Shown: positions 6,519 to 17,957, counted from the first letter of the stretch. The stretch is 32,000 nucleotides of DNA from Schaalia odontolytica (GCF_005696695.1 NZ_CP040006.1:2100001-2132000), one strand, 5' to 3'. Notes: generated from the letters alone by a model not told the origin. Program-made: numbers and translations.

Positions 6519-8888
6519 TCAGAAGTACTTGCGTCCGGTCTCGCTCAGCTCACGCAGCTCGTCAATCGAGGCGATCCAGCCGCAGCCCTCGCCTTCGGCG
6601 GCGAGCAGGTCCACGCCGCTGATCGCGAGCATGTCGCCGCCCGTGGTGCCGATGCGCACGGCGTCCACGCCCTCGGCCTCGGCGGCCGCGAACACGGCCT
6701 TGACGGCCGCCTCGGGCACCGCGACGAAGGCGCGGGCCTGGGACTCGGACAGGAGCATCTCGTGGTCGCCGACGCAGTCGCGGCGGGCGGCCCCGGCCAC
6801 GTCGAAGACGCCGCCGATGCCGAAGCGCAGCGCGGAGTCCACGAGGGACTGCACGAGGCCGCCGTTCGACAGGTCGTGTGCGGCGCGCACGAGGGGTCGG
6901 CCGTCGGGTCCATCGGCGGCGCTCAGCGCACGCACGACGTTACCGAGGGCAACCTCGGCCTTCAGGTCAACCTCGGGCGGCAGGCCACCCAGGTGCGAGC
7001 GGGCAATGCGCGCCCACGCGGACCCGTCGAACTCCTCGCGGGTGGTGCCCAGGAGGATGACGGCGAGGCCCTCTTCGGTGAAGCCGGAGGGGTTGGCGCG
7101 CGTGACGTCGGGGAGGATGCCGAGCATGCCGATGACGGGCGTCGGGTTGATCGACGAGTTCGGCAGGCCCTTCTCGGTGCCAGACAAGTTGTACAGCGAC
7201 ACATTGCCGCCGGTCACGGGGATCTCGAGCTCGATGCAGCCGTCCGCGAGCGCGGTCATGGCGGTCACCAGCTGCCACATGGCATCCGTGTCTTCGGGGT
7301 TGCCGAAGTTCAGGCAGTCCGTGATGGCGACGGGCTCGGCGCCGACGACGGCGACGTTGCGGTAGGACTCGGCGAGGGCCTGGCGGGCGCCCGCTGCCGG
7401 GTCGAGCTTGGTGTACCAGCCGTTGGCGTCGGTCGACAGAGCGACGCCGAGGCCGCTTTCCTCGTCGATACGGATGACGCCCGCATCGTCGGGCTGGGCG
7501 AGGGCGGTGTTGCCCTGCACGTAGCGGTCGTACTGGTCGGTGACCCACGCCTTGGAGGCCTGGTTAACGTCGGAGAGCACGGCACGCACGTCGGCGATCA
7601 GTTCCTCGCGCGTGGCGGGACGCGCCAGATCCTCGGAGGTGGCGGCCTGCAGCTCGTCCTGCCACGCGGGGCGCGCGTAGGGGCGGTCGTAGACGGGGCC
7701 CTCGTGGGCGACGGTCTTCGGGTCGACGTCGACGATGCGGTGACCGTGGTGGTCGATCGTGAGGCGACCGTCGCCGGTCAGGTGGCCGATGACCGCTGCC
7801 TCGACGTCCCACTTGTCGATGATCTCGAAGAAGCGTTCGCGATCCTCGGGGGTCACGATCGCCATCATGCGTTCCTGGGACTCGCTCATGAGGATCTCGC
7901 CCGCGGTGAGCGTGGGGTCGCGCAGGAGCACGTTCTCGAGGTCGACGTGCATGCCGGAGTCGCCGTTGGAGGCCAGCTCGGAGGTCGCGCACGAGATGCC
8001 CGCGGCGCCGAGGTCCTGGATGCCCTGGACGACGTCGGCCTCGAACAGGTCGAGGCAGCACTCGATGAGGACCTTCTCCATGAAGGGGTCGCCCACCTGG
8101 ACGGAGGGGCGCTTGGCGGGCATGCCGTCTTCGAAGGTTTCGGAGGCGAGGATGGAGGCGCCGCCGATGCCGTCGCCGCCGGTGCGCGCGCCGAAGAGGA
8201 CGACGAGGTTGCCTTCACCGGTCGCGTTGGCCAGGTGGATGTCGTCGTGGCGCAGCTTGCCGATGCACAGCGCGTTGACGAGGGGGTTGCCCTGGTAGGA
8301 GGGGTCAAACTCGGTTTCGCCGCCGATGTTGGGCAGGCCCAGGCAGTTGCCGTAGCCGCCGACGCCGGAGACGACGCCGTGGACGACGCGCGCCGTGTCG
8401 GGGTGGTCGACGGCGCCGAAGCGCAGCTGGTCCATGACGGCGATCGGGCGGGCGCCCATGGAGATGATGTCGCGGACGATGCCGCCCACGCCGGTGGCCG
8501 CACCCTGGTAGGGCTCGACGAAGGACGGGTGGTTGTGGGACTCGACCTTGAAGGTGACGGCCCAGCCGCCGCCAATGTCGACGACGCCGGCGTTCTGGCC
8601 CATGCCGACGAGGAGGTTCTTCCTCATGGCGTCGGTCGTGCGCGCGCCGAACTGCTCGGCAAGGTGCTTCTTGGAGGACTTGTAGGAGCAGTGCTCGGAC
8701 CACATGACGGAGTACATGGCGAGCTCAGCGTTGGTGGGTCGGCGCCCGAGGATGTCGCAGATGCGCTGGTATTCGTCCTCTTTGAGGCCGAGTTCCTTCC
8801 AGGGCATGTCCTGGCCGGGGGTCGCGGCGGCGTTCTCGACGGTGTCGGGCAGCTCGCGGGTGTTTTCGGAGGTCATTCGTGTTTCCAT
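6519..8888 (-). CDS. purL: Phosphoribosylformylglycinamidine (FGAM) synthase subunit II
   Basis: 789-aa ORF. The N-terminal block [22 protein letters not shown] and the [15 protein letters not shown] block are characteristic of PurL. It lies directly downstream of purS-purQ. The start could instead be the ATG at 8876. Confidence 0.95.
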   Translation of the reverse strand: METRMTSENTRELPDTVENAAATPGQDMPWKELGLKEDEYQRICDILGRRPTNAELAMYSVMWSEHCSYKSSKKHLAEQFGARTTDAMRKNLLVGMGQNAGVVDIGGGWAVTFKVESHNHPSFVEPYQGAATGVGGIVRDIISMGARPIAVMDQLRFGAVDHPDTARVVHGVVSGVGGYGNCLGLPNIGGETEFDPSYQGNPLVNALCIGKLRHDDIHLANATGEGNLVVLFGARTGGDGIGGASILASETFEDGMPAKRPSVQVGDPFMEKVLIECCLDLFEADVVQGIQDLGAAGISCATSELASNGDSGMHVDLENVLLRDPTLTAGEILMSESQERMMAIVTPEDRERFFEIIDKWDVEAAVIGHLTGDGRLTIDHHGHRIVDVDPKTVAHEGPVYDRPYARPAWQDELQAATSEDLARPATREELIADVRAVLSDVNQASKAWVTDQYDRYVQGNTALAQPDDAGVIRIDEESGLGVALSTDANGWYTKLDPAAGARQALAESYRNVAVVGAEPVAITDCLNFGNPEDTDAMWQLVTAMTALADGCIELEIPVTGGNVSLYNLSGTEKGLPNSSINPTPVIGMLGILPDVTRANPSGFTEEGLAVILLGTTREEFDGSAWARIARSHLGGLPPEVDLKAEVALGNVVRALSAADGPDGRPLVRAAHDLSNGGLVQSLVDSALRFGIGGVFDVAGAARRDCVGDHEMLLSESQARAFVAVPEAAVKAVFAAAEAEGVDAVRIGTTGGDMLAISGVDLLAAEGEGCGWIASIDELRELSETGRKYF

Positions 8889-8945
8889 TCGAAAGGTCTG
8901 GGACGAGGCCGGGGCTCCCTCACGGGTGAGGGCGCGGTGGCGTCG

Positions 8946-9653
8946 TCAGCCGACGAGGGATGCGAGGACGGAACGGAAGATGCCCAGGCCGTCGGTGCCG
9001 CCGTGGTGGCTGGCGCCGTCGGGGCCGAGGGAGAGCGGGCCGAAGCCGGCTTCGGTCGCGTGCTCGGGGTGGGGCATGAGGCCGACGACGTTTCCCGCGG
9101 CGTTGGTGACGCCCGCGATGTCATTGGCGGAGCCGTTGGGGTTGAAGTCGACGTAGCGGAACACGACGCGGCCTTCACCCTCGAGTCGTTCGAGCTCGGC
9201 GGGGGACGCCTGGAAGTTGCCTTCGCCGTTCTTGAGGGGGACGGTGATGGTGTCGCCGACGCTGTAGGTGCGCGTCCACGCGGTGTCCGCGTTTTCGATG
9301 CGCAACACCTGGTCGCGGCACAGGAACTTCTGATGGTCGTTGCGGATGAGCGCGCCGGGCAGCAGGTGCGACTCGCACAGGACCTGGAAGCCGTTGCAGA
9401 TGCCCAGGACGGGCAGGCCTCGTCCGGCTTCGCGCACGATTTCGCTCATGACGGGAGCGGTCGCGGCGATAGCGCCGCAGCGCAGGTAGTCGCCGTAGGA
9501 GAAGCCGCCGGGGATGACGACCGCGTCGACGCCGTGCAGGTCGGCATCCTTGTGCCACAGGGACACGGCCTGCGCACCGGCGATTTCAACCGCGCGGGCG
9601 GCGTCGCGGTCGTCGAGGGTGCCGGGGAAGGTGACGACTCCGACGCGGGTCAC
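8946..9653 (-). CDS. purQ: FGAM synthase glutamine amidotransferase subunit I
   Basis: [17 protein letters not shown]..., the catalytic Cys block [10 protein letters not shown], and the His block LMPHPEHA. The GTG start overlaps the purS stop codon (GTGA). The longer upstream extension in the ORF track is Arg-rich and non-protein-like. Confidence 0.9.
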   Translation of the reverse strand: MTRVGVVTFPGTLDDRDAARAVEIAGAQAVSLWHKDADLHGVDAVVIPGGFSYGDYLRCGAIAATAPVMSEIVREAGRGLPVLGICNGFQVLCESHLLPGALIRNDHQKFLCRDQVLRIENADTAWTRTYSVGDTITVPLKNGEGNFQASPAELERLEGEGRVVFRYVDFNPNGSANDIAGVTNAAGNVVGLMPHPEHATEAGFGPLSLGPDGASHHGGTDGLGIFRSVLASLVG

Positions 9654-9931
9654 TGCACGCCTCCCGCGTAACGGGCGTCGGCCTCGTCGATGGCCTCGAC
9701 GCGCACAACGTCCTCGATGATCGGGTTGGACAGGACCTCTTCGGCGGCCTTGCGGGCCTGGTCCAGGAGCTCGTCGGTGACGGGACCGTCCACGCTCAGG
9801 TGGAAGCACTTACCCTGGCGCACGGCCTCAAAGCTCGTGATTCCGAGCCTGGGTAGCGCCGAACCGACAGCCTTACCTTGGGGATCCAGGATTTCCGGCT
9901 TCGGCATCACTTCCACGATGATTCGCCCCAC
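9650..9931 (-). CDS. purS: FGAM synthase PurS subunit
   Basis: [26 protein letters not shown] matches the PurS N-terminus. The GTG start has AGGAGG 6 nt upstream. The gene is translationally coupled to purQ. Confidence 0.85.
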   Translation of the reverse strand: MGRIIVEVMPKPEILDPQGKAVGSALPRLGITSFEAVRQGKCFHLSVDGPVTDELLDQARKAAEEVLSNPIIEDVVRVEAIDEADARYAGGVQ

Positions 9932-9995
9932 GGCGTTCCTCCTTGTGTTGTTGGTGAGGATCCCGCCGTGCATCTTGCCCGGCGGGCAAGTCTGT

Positions 9996-10997
9996 TTACA
10001 GGATGGGGTCCGACCCGGTGAGTCGGCGGTATGCCTCGACGTAGCGCGCGGCGGTCGCGGCGGCCACGGATTCGGGCAGCGCGGGCGGGTTGGCGCCCGA
10101 GGAGCGGTCCCAGCCGGACTGCTCGGAGACCAGCCAGTCGCGCACGTACTGCTTATCGAAGCTGGGCGCGACCTGGCCTTCCACCCACTGGTCGGCGGGC
10201 CAGAATCGCGAGGAGTCCGGCGTGAGGATCTCATCCGCGAGCACGAGCGCGCCCGTGGTCACGTCGATGCCGAACTCAAACTTGGTGTCCGCGATGATGA
10301 TGCCGCGCTCGGCGGCGATGTCGCGGGCGGCCCGGTACAGGGCGATCGACAGGTCGCGGATCGCGACCGCGAGCTCCTCGCCGATGCGCCCGACGGTCTG
10401 CTCGAAGGTGATGTTCTCGTCGTGCTCGCCCAGCTCGGCCTTCGCGGCGGGCGTGAAGATCGGCTCCTCGAGGCGCGAGGCCTCGGTGAGGCCCTCGGGC
10501 AGCTTGATGCCGCACACGGATCCAGACTCGCGGTACTCGGCCAGGCCTGAGCCGGTCAGGTAGCCGCGCACGACGCACTCGATGGGGATCATGTGCAGGC
10601 TGCGGCACACGACCGCGCGCCCATCAACCTCGGCGGGCACCGTGAAGCGCGTGGGCTGGGCGCCCTCCAGGGCGCGCGAGGCCTCGGCCGGAGCCTTCGT
10701 GCCGACGGCCAGCAGGTGGTTTTCCACGAGGGGACGAAGCTGTCCCATCCACCAGATGGCGAGCTGGTTGAGGACCGCGCCCTTGCCGGGGATCAGCGTG
10801 GGCAACACGTAGTCGTAGGCGCTGATGCGGTCCGAGGTCACCATGAGGAGCGCCTCCGGTCCCGCCTTCGCGTGGCGCGGGCGCCCCGCCGGGGTAGCGC
10901 TCTGCGGCGCGGGGCCGACCACGGCCTCGTCGGGAGCGTAGATGTCGCGAACCTTGCCCGCGCTCAGCGGGGTCCAGCCGTGGAGGGTGGCGGTCAT
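9996..10997 (-). CDS. purC: Phosphoribosylaminoimidazole-succinocarboxamide (SAICAR) synthase
   Basis: GKVRDIY..., LMVTSDRISAYD and IADTKFEFG are SAICAR synthetase signature blocks. Confidence 0.93.
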   Translation of the reverse strand: MTATLHGWTPLSAGKVRDIYAPDEAVVGPAPQSATPAGRPRHAKAGPEALLMVTSDRISAYDYVLPTLIPGKGAVLNQLAIWWMGQLRPLVENHLLAVGTKAPAEASRALEGAQPTRFTVPAEVDGRAVVCRSLHMIPIECVVRGYLTGSGLAEYRESGSVCGIKLPEGLTEASRLEEPIFTPAAKAELGEHDENITFEQTVGRIGEELAVAIRDLSIALYRAARDIAAERGIIIADTKFEFGIDVTTGALVLADEILTPDSSRFWPADQWVEGQVAPSFDKQYVRDWLVSEQSGWDRSSGANPPALPESVAAATAARYVEAYRRLTGSDPIL

Positions 10998-11015
10998 GAT
11001 GCTCCTCAGGGGTTC

Positions 11016-12350
11016 TCAGTCAAGGGTGACGACCAGGTCGGCGGGCCACGTCGCGATGTCGCTGCGGTGGTGCTCCCCGTCGAAGTGGATGAGGTCGACG
11101 CCGCGATAGGCGAGCGCCCGGGCCTCGTCGAGCGTTGCCGCGCGGGCGACGACGTCGAGGACTCGGCCGCCGGAGTTCACCAGCGCGTAGGTCGGCTCGA
11201 AGCCGCAGCATCCCGCCGCGACATCGGTCGGGTCGTCGGTGATCTCCTCGGAGGTGCCGGCGTGGATAACGTGGACGCCGTCGAGCTCCTCGGCCGCTTC
11301 GATACCCGTGATCTCATGTCCGGTATCCGTGGGGCCCGGGTAGCCGCCCGAGGCCATGACGACCGTGACGGCCGCGTCCTCGCTCCACACGGGGGCGGGG
11401 ACCTTGGCGAGAGTGCCGGTCGCGGCCGCGTACAGGATGGGGGCCAGCGGGGAGTCGAGGCGCTCGAGGACCGCCTGGGTCTCCGGGTCGCCGAAACGCA
11501 CGTTGAACTCGACAACGCAGATGCCCTTCGAGGTCATCGCGAGGCCGCAGTACAGGAGGCCGCGGAAGGGGGTGCCGCGACGCGCCATCTCGGTGATGAC
11601 GGGCTGGGCCACCTCATCGACGATGCGCTGCGTGGCCTCTTCGGGGAGCCACGGCAGGGGGCTGTAGGCGCCCATGCCGCCCGTGTTCGGACCCTCGTTG
11701 CCGTCACCCACGCGCTTGAAGTCCTGCGCGGGCTGCAGCGGCACGACGGTGGCACCGTCGGCGAAGCAGAAGAGGGAGACCTCGGGGCCGTCGAGGTAGT
11801 CCTCGATGACGACCGCTCCCCCGTCGCGCGACAGGCAGGCGCGCGCATGCTCCGAGGCCTGGGCGCGGTCGGTGGTCACGACGACGCCCTTGCCGGCGGC
11901 AAGCGCGTCATCCTTCACGACGTAGGGGGCACCCAGATCGTCGAACGCGGCCTCGACCTCGTCCATCGTGGTGCACGTGAAGGCGCGAGCCGTGGCCACG
12001 CCGGCATCGGCCATGACCTGCTTCGCGAAAGACTTGGAGGCCTCGAGACGCGCCGCGTCCTTCGTCGGGCCAAAAACGGGGATTCCGTAATCCAGGACCG
12101 CATCCGCGACGCCCGCAACGAGCGGGGCCTCGGGGCCGACGACCACGAGGTCGACGTTCTCGGACGTGGCGCGACGGACGACGTCCTTCGGATCCAGGGG
12201 ATCCATGGTCAGGGAGCGTCCCAGCTGCTCCAGCGCGGGGTTACCCGCCTGGACGACAAGATCCACAGGATGCTCGGGGGTGGACGTTCGTACAAGCGCA
12301 CGGGCGATCGCGTGTTCGCGACCCCCGTTACCAACGAGAAGAACCTTCAC
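11016..12350 (-). CDS. purD: Phosphoribosylamine--glycine ligase
   Basis: MKVLLVGNGGREHAIARAL at the N-terminus, ATP-grasp blocks (VVKDDALAAGKGV, EFNVRFGDPE), 444 aa. Confidence 0.95.
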   Translation of the reverse strand: MKVLLVGNGGREHAIARALVRTSTPEHPVDLVVQAGNPALEQLGRSLTMDPLDPKDVVRRATSENVDLVVVGPEAPLVAGVADAVLDYGIPVFGPTKDAARLEASKSFAKQVMADAGVATARAFTCTTMDEVEAAFDDLGAPYVVKDDALAAGKGVVVTTDRAQASEHARACLSRDGGAVVIEDYLDGPEVSLFCFADGATVVPLQPAQDFKRVGDGNEGPNTGGMGAYSPLPWLPEEATQRIVDEVAQPVITEMARRGTPFRGLLYCGLAMTSKGICVVEFNVRFGDPETQAVLERLDSPLAPILYAAATGTLAKVPAPVWSEDAAVTVVMASGGYPGPTDTGHEITGIEAAEELDGVHVIHAGTSEEITDDPTDVAAGCCGFEPTYALVNSGGRVLDVVARAATLDEARALAYRGVDLIHFDGEHHRSDIATWPADLVVTLD

Positions 12351-12356
12351 GATTTA

Positions 12357-12362
12357 AGCCTA
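12357..12362 (-). promoter_or_regulatory. Candidate -10 hexamer TAGGCT placed for a leaderless purD transcript
   Basis: The minus strand reads TAGGCT-TAAATC-GTG, with a 6-nt spacer and no Shine-Dalgarno sequence upstream of the purD GTG. Confidence 0.3.
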
Positions 12363-12442
12363 TCGGTGTTTGGTAGCCTTCCGGGCCACCGTGGTGTTTT
12401 ATGGGTGCACGTCACAGCGAAAGTGAGACGGGCTTGCGACCC

Positions 12443-13477
12443 TCACCAGGCGCCGTTCGGGTTGCCGCTGCGGCGGTCATCCCTCTTATCGCGCTGGTCC
12501 TTGTTGCGCTGATCGTTCTTGTGCTGCAGCTCCTCACGGCGCTGCTTCTCTCCCGGGGTCTCGCCCTCGTAGGGGTTTTGCGTGGGGCTCGGGCTGGGAC
12601 TCGGGTTCGTCTGCTGATCCTTCGCCCCCTTGTCCTGCTGGTCCTTCTGCTGGTCCTGCTGCTGATCCTTCTGCTGGTCGCCCTGCTCCTGGGACTGCTC
12701 CTCAGCCTTCTGCTTCTTATCCTCGACGCGTTCCTTGTTCTGGTCGGCGGGGTTATCGGACTGGTTGCCAGACTGCTGCTGGTCGCCGGACTGGTTCTGG
12801 TTACTCGACTGGTCCTTGTTGTCGGACTGGTTCTGGTCGTCAGACTGGTTCTGGTCGGACTGGTTCTGGCTGGAGTTGGAGGCGGTCTGACAGGGGGCGA
12901 CAGTCTCTTCGGCTTCCTGGTAGGTAGTCGCGGCGTTTCCGTAGGCGCCGGCGGCAGCCTGCGCGTCACCCTGAATCTCGATGCCGATCGCAAGGTTGAC
13001 GCGAACGCGGCATTCGTAGGAGAAGGGCTCGAGTCGGCCAGGCTGGACCTCGGTGGCCTTGGGGACAAGGTCGAAGGCGGTACGCAGCTCCGTCACGCCC
13101 TCGTCGGTCTGTCCCTGACGCACGAGAGTGGTGCCGCGGTTGTAGTGCGCGACCCAGCGCTCGATGCCAATCTTCGTCCACGCCATCTGGCCTTCGTAGC
13201 CCGCCTGGGCGATGTCATATTCCTGCGCCTTCCAGTGGCTCAGGGATGAGCGCGACCAGAGCGAGAGGCCGATCAGGTACGCGGCGACGCTCAGCACGAT
13301 GACAAGGATCGGGATGGAGTACCACAGGGGGCGCAGCGCACGGGGGTTGCGCTGGATCTTCTGCTTACCCGACGAGGCCTTGGTGAGCTTCGCACGAACG
13401 GACGCATCGACGGGATCGACCTGGGGCGCACCAAAGGGGAGGAGGTCTGCTTCGGGCTGCGAGTTTTCAGATGGCAT
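12443..13477 (-). CDS. Single-pass membrane protein with a TPR-like domain (BatC-like position) and a Gln/Asn/Asp/Ser-rich low-complexity tail
   Basis: ATG with GAGGAA upstream. The start overlaps the stop of the upstream vWA gene by 11 nt. The TM segment is LWYSIPILVIVLSVAAYLIGLSLW. A helical-repeat-like segment (AHYNRGTTLVRQGQTDEGVTELRTAFDL) follows. The tail reads SSQNQSDQNQSDDQNQSDNKDQSSNQNQSGDQQQSGNQSD...KDQQQDQQKDQQDK. Confidence 0.7.
   Translation of the reverse strand: MPSENSQPEADLLPFGAPQVDPVDASVRAKLTKASSGKQKIQRNPRALRPLWYSIPILVIVLSVAAYLIGLSLWSRSSLSHWKAQEYDIAQAGYEGQMAWTKIGIERWVAHYNRGTTLVRQGQTDEGVTELRTAFDLVPKATEVQPGRLEPFSYECRVRVNLAIGIEIQGDAQAAAGAYGNAATTYQEAEETVAPCQTASNSSQNQSDQNQSDDQNQSDNKDQSSNQNQSGDQQQSGNQSDNPADQNKERVEDKKQKAEEQSQEQGDQQKDQQQDQQKDQQDKGAKDQQTNPSPSPSPTQNPYEGETPGEKQRREELQHKNDQRNKDQRDKRDDRRSGNPNGAW
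12755..12872 (-). repeat. In-frame degenerate 15-18-bp tandem repeats (GGACTGGTTCTGGTC on the plus strand) encoding the QNQSD-type tail
   Basis: The motif recurs at about 12758, 12788, 12824, 12842 and 12857, as read from the sequence. Confidence 0.6.
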
Positions 13478-14501
13478 GGGAGTTCCTCAACTGTTGGGCG
13501 CGCAGCGCCAGCGTGGCACCCTCCCACGCGAGGAGAGCCCCAAGAAGGAGTGCGAAAGGCCAGATGATGTAGCGATACGTGTCTTTCAGGTTGCGCGACT
13601 CAGCCATCGTCGTCGCCTTGTCGAGGACGGAACGAGCATGCGATTCGATCGCCGACTTGTCGGGCGAATGCACGTAGTCGACGCCCACGCGTGAGGCGAC
13701 ATCCTTCAGGGCGGCCTCGTCGATCTTCGAAATGGCGATCGGGTTGTCGGGCTTCGAGGAGTCGTGGATGTACTCGGGTTCACCACCGCTCTGGGAGCCG
13801 CTGTTACCCAGGCGCAGCACCTTCATGGGGCCGCCTTCCTCGGTGCCGTAGCCGAGGACAAGGCCTCCGTCGATGTACTCCTTGACGGCATCCCAGTCGC
13901 TGGCGTTGCCGGAGGGGGCGCTGGTCCAGTGGTCCTGGTTGGAGGTCTCGCCGTCGGAGAAGACGAAGAGCGCGCGCACGTTCTGGGGGTGGCGTTCCTT
14001 GTTCTTCTTCAGGAGCTTGGCAAGGTCTTGGGCGGGTCGGTTCACCGACGATCCCTGGGAGGAACTGGAGAGCTCGCGATCAAAGGAATCCATGTACGAG
14101 ATGACCGCGGAAGCGTCGGAGGTCAGCGGCAGGTCGGTGTGGCCCCTCGAGTCCCAGGACATGATGGAGAAGCGCGAGCCGGTGAGGATGTTCATCATGA
14201 TCGAGATGTCGTTGCGCACACCGTCGATGCGGGGCTTGCTGCCGTCCCAGTCCTCGGCGGCCATGGAGCCGGTGCGGTCGATGACGAAGTAGACCTCGAG
14301 GGTCGAGGTCACTTCCTGTGCCTCGCCGGGGATCGACGGGCCCGCGCCCATGATGATGACTGTGACGACGATGAGGAAGCGACGCAGAACGTCCATGACG
14401 TGGCGGCGGGTGGCGCGCTTGGCCGACAGGAACACGAAGAGCGCGCCGAGCACGGCAATGATGCCCAGGAGGGCCAGGTGAAAGACGGGGCGAAAAATCA
14501 T
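13467..14501 (-). CDS. vWA-domain membrane protein (BatB-like)
   Basis: Two N-terminal TM segments, the MIDAS motif VIDRTGSMAAED, and a C-terminal TM segment (YIIWPFALLLGALLAW). The ATG lies 1 nt after the upstream gene's TGA. Confidence 0.85.
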   Translation of the reverse strand: MIFRPVFHLALLGIIAVLGALFVFLSAKRATRRHVMDVLRRFLIVVTVIIMGAGPSIPGEAQEVTSTLEVYFVIDRTGSMAAEDWDGSKPRIDGVRNDISIMMNILTGSRFSIMSWDSRGHTDLPLTSDASAVISYMDSFDRELSSSSQGSSVNRPAQDLAKLLKKNKERHPQNVRALFVFSDGETSNQDHWTSAPSGNASDWDAVKEYIDGGLVLGYGTEEGGPMKVLRLGNSGSQSGGEPEYIHDSSKPDNPIAISKIDEAALKDVASRVGVDYVHSPDKSAIESHARSVLDKATTMAESRNLKDTYRYIIWPFALLLGALLAWEGATLALRAQQLRNSHAI

Positions 14502-14502
14502 G

Positions 14503-15519
14503 TCAGAGCCTCCCGAACGCCAGCAGACCGAGCAGGGACACGACGCCGATCAGTGTCCACCCCAGGGCGGCGCCGGGGCGGTCCGTCTCCATCATCTTTC
14601 CAGCGGAGTCGAGTTCTTCTTTCTGTTCGGCCTCGATCTGCTTCACCACACTATCCACAGCCGACGGGGACGAGGCATCGTAGAAGTCGCCTCCGGTCTT
14701 ACGGACCTCGTCGCGCAGCTGTAGGCCCTGGTAGGTCAGGCTGATATCCGATCCCGGGTACAGGGCCGTGACCGTCACGCCCTGGCTCTTCGCGAATTCG
14801 ATCGCCTCGCTCAGGTCGTAGACGCCCTCGCCGTACACCTCGTTGTCTGTGGCCAGCAGGATGGTGCGGGAACGCTGCTTGTCGTTATGGTCGAAGCCCA
14901 TGATGCACGAGGCCAGACCGTCGCCGACGAGCGAGGAGACTTGCTGGTCCTCGTCCAAGACGGGCTCCAGGTACTCGAAGAGTTCCCTTGTGCCAGACAC
15001 CTTTCCACCAATTTGGATGAGGCCGGTGTCGATCGTGTCCGACATGTCCTGGAGGACGTCGGTGGCCATGTCGTAGTCATCAGTGAGCGGGAACATCGTC
15101 ATCGAGTAGGCGTCCCACAGCTGCAGCGAGATCCTCTCACCCTCGAAGTGGGAGATGATTTGCCGGAAGGCCTCGCCGATCTTCGAATCGTAGGGCAGCA
15201 TCGATCCAGACGAGTCCAGGCACAGGACGATGTCGCGGCTCGCGGACTTGTCATGCTTGACGTAGCGGTCAACGGGCGCGCCCGCCGACACGGAGGTCGC
15301 GATGACGGCGATCAGGAAGCAGACGAAGGCCATGGCCAGCGAGGCGCGCGTGCGACGCACGAGCGCCTGGTACTTCGGCAGGCCGCGCAGGTAGCCAGTG
15401 TTGGCAACCCAGCCCTTCTTGCCCGAACGCACGCCGGCGCGACGCGCGAGCAGCCACCCGACGACCGTCGCGATTGCGACGACCGCCAGGACGACGGGGA
15501 TCAACCACCAGAACCTCAT
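14503..15519 (-). CDS. vWA-domain membrane protein (BatA-like)
   Basis: N-terminal TM segment MRFWWLIPVVLAVVAIATVVGWLL, a second TM segment, the MIDAS motif LCLDSSGSM, and a C-terminal TM segment. The start overlaps the stop of the upstream gene (ATGA). Confidence 0.85.
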   Translation of the reverse strand: MRFWWLIPVVLAVVAIATVVGWLLARRAGVRSGKKGWVANTGYLRGLPKYQALVRRTRASLAMAFVCFLIAVIATSVSAGAPVDRYVKHDKSASRDIVLCLDSSGSMLPYDSKIGEAFRQIISHFEGERISLQLWDAYSMTMFPLTDDYDMATDVLQDMSDTIDTGLIQIGGKVSGTRELFEYLEPVLDEDQQVSSLVGDGLASCIMGFDHNDKQRSRTILLATDNEVYGEGVYDLSEAIEFAKSQGVTVTALYPGSDISLTYQGLQLRDEVRKTGGDFYDASSPSAVDSVVKQIEAEQKEELDSAGKMMETDRPGAALGWTLIGVVSLLGLLAFGRL

Positions 15520-16004
15520 ACGTTCACCGCCTCCACGGCCATGGTCAAGACGTTGGTGACGGCCTCGTGAGAAGGCTGTCCCTGCGGGATCTCATCGCCC
15601 GAGAAACTGGGGACTTCGCAGGCCTGCAGGATGTTGGCCAGGCCCGGCCACACGGGAACGAGCTCGCGCACCTCGGACACGGTCGCGACCTCGAGGTCTC
15701 GGCCCGTTCGCTCGGTGCCCAGGGCACGCATGAGGCCCGCGAGCGCCAGGTGAACGCCGCGCGCATCCAGGTCACCGTCGGCGTAGCGGTCAGCAATCTG
15801 ATCGATGTAGGTGAGGTACTTCTTACGGCGAGCATCCGTGATCGTCTGAAGTTCCATGACCTCGCCGATACGCGACGTCCACCAGCGCCAGATGCTGTAG
15901 ACAATCCACCCGAGGACGGCCACGACGAGTACCGTCCCCAGGATCCACATCCAGTTCGGGTAGAGTGCGGGATCGTTCAGGCCATTGGTGAGATCACCGG
16001 ACAT
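15516..16004 (-). CDS. Small single-pass membrane protein, in the position of the DUF4381-type gene of Bat operons
   Basis: 162 aa. TM segment WMWILGTVLVVAVLGWIVYSIW. It overlaps both neighbouring genes. The family assignment is inferred from position only. Confidence 0.65.
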   Translation of the reverse strand: MSGDLTNGLNDPALYPNWMWILGTVLVVAVLGWIVYSIWRWWTSRIGEVMELQTITDARRKKYLTYIDQIADRYADGDLDARGVHLALAGLMRALGTERTGRDLEVATVSEVRELVPVWPGLANILQACEVPSFSGDEIPQGQPSHEAVTNVLTMAVEAVNV

Positions 16005-16887
16005 GTGCTCCCCTTTCGAGGGCTCGCATGAGTGCGCGCGGGACGTCCTGACTGGAGCCCACGTCCACGCGGATCACCCCACGTTTATCGAGCATTTGGG
16101 CGACCGCGTGTCGGCGCATCGCCACGAGATTGGCGGCTTCCCCGGCCAGCTGCGAGTCGCGCAGCAGGAAGTCCGGGAGGGGCCCTTCGGTCACGTCGAC
16201 CACGTTCGTCCCCTCCTCAAGGGAGGTCGGGTCGATGTCCTCGACGCTCACGAGGATGACCTGGTGGCGCACGGACAGGGACTTGATGAGGTCATCGGAC
16301 AGGCGCGTCGGCTCCGGCTGGGTTGCGTCTGTGACGATGACGATGAGGCTGCGGCGTCGGGTCACCGTCCGCGCACGCGCCAAGAGCTTGGGCACATCCG
16401 AGTGCGGGGAGGACAGCGTGATGTCCTCCTCGATGCGACGCATGATGGTTTCAGCGTGGGCATTTCCGGATCGGGCCGGCATGAAGCGCACGCGCTCGGC
16501 GTCACCGGCGACGAGGCCGATCTGGTCGCCGCGCGCGACGCTCAGCCATGCGATCGCCTCGCATGCGGCGAGGGCGACCTCTTCCTTCGTCTCACCCGAC
16601 GGGGCGAGAGCACCCATTTCGCGGCCCGTGTCGACGACGAGCATAACCTGCAGGTTCGCCGTGGCCTCGTGCCTCTTGATGACCGGCGAACCGGTGCGAG
16701 CCGTCGCCGCCCAGTCGATTTCGCGCACGTCGTCGCCCGGCTGATAGGGAGCCAGGTCCATGAACTCCCAGCCGCGTCCCTGCCGCAGCGCGGAGTGCTG
16801 TCCATCCATGATGGACAGCAGCTTGCGCATAACGGGCAGCTGGATGCGCGTGGAGAGCGCGTGGATTTCGCGCGAGCGTACAGGCAT
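15994..16887 (-). CDS. DUF58 family protein (vWA-like, MoxR partner)
   Basis: The block MDLAPYQPGDDVREIDWAATARTG is the hallmark DUF58 motif. GAGGAA lies upstream of the ATG. The gene follows MoxR. Confidence 0.9.
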   Translation of the reverse strand: MPVRSREIHALSTRIQLPVMRKLLSIMDGQHSALRQGRGWEFMDLAPYQPGDDVREIDWAATARTGSPVIKRHEATANLQVMLVVDTGREMGALAPSGETKEEVALAACEAIAWLSVARGDQIGLVAGDAERVRFMPARSGNAHAETIMRRIEEDITLSSPHSDVPKLLARARTVTRRRSLIVIVTDATQPEPTRLSDDLIKSLSVRHQVILVSVEDIDPTSLEEGTNVVDVTEGPLPDFLLRDSQLAGEAANLVAMRRHAVAQMLDKRGVIRVDVGSSQDVPRALMRALERGAHVR

Positions 16888-16926
16888 TGCGTTCCTCGAG
16901 GGCGTCGGCGGCGGGCGGGAGAATCG

Positions 16927-17916
<990 letters not shown>

Positions 17917-17951
17917 GGGCTCTCCTTGCGTGCGCGGTCGGATGCTGTTCC

Positions 17952-17957
17952 AGTGTA
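17952..17957 (-). promoter_or_regulatory. Candidate -10 hexamer TACACT upstream of the MoxR operon
   Basis: This TANNNT hexamer lies about 35 nt upstream of the MoxR GTG. I saw no convincing -35 element. Confidence 0.25.

Noticed and set aside
6762-9671. 969-aa ORF on the plus strand, antisense to purL/purQ. Similar long antisense ORFs occur at 10593-12512, 15985-17958, 18479-19978, 20239-22101, 27018-28328, 1983-3167 and 6148-7365.
   Set aside because: Their composition is Arg/Gly/Ala/Asp/His-rich and non-protein-like. Each lies opposite a gene with unambiguous family motifs. Long stop-free antisense frames are expected at about 70% GC.
9932-9995. Hairpin CTTGCCCG-g-CGGGCAAG between purC and purS as an attenuator or terminator
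   Set aside because: The loop is too small for the full stem, there is no U-tract, and the pur genes are otherwise contiguous. It is probably incidental.
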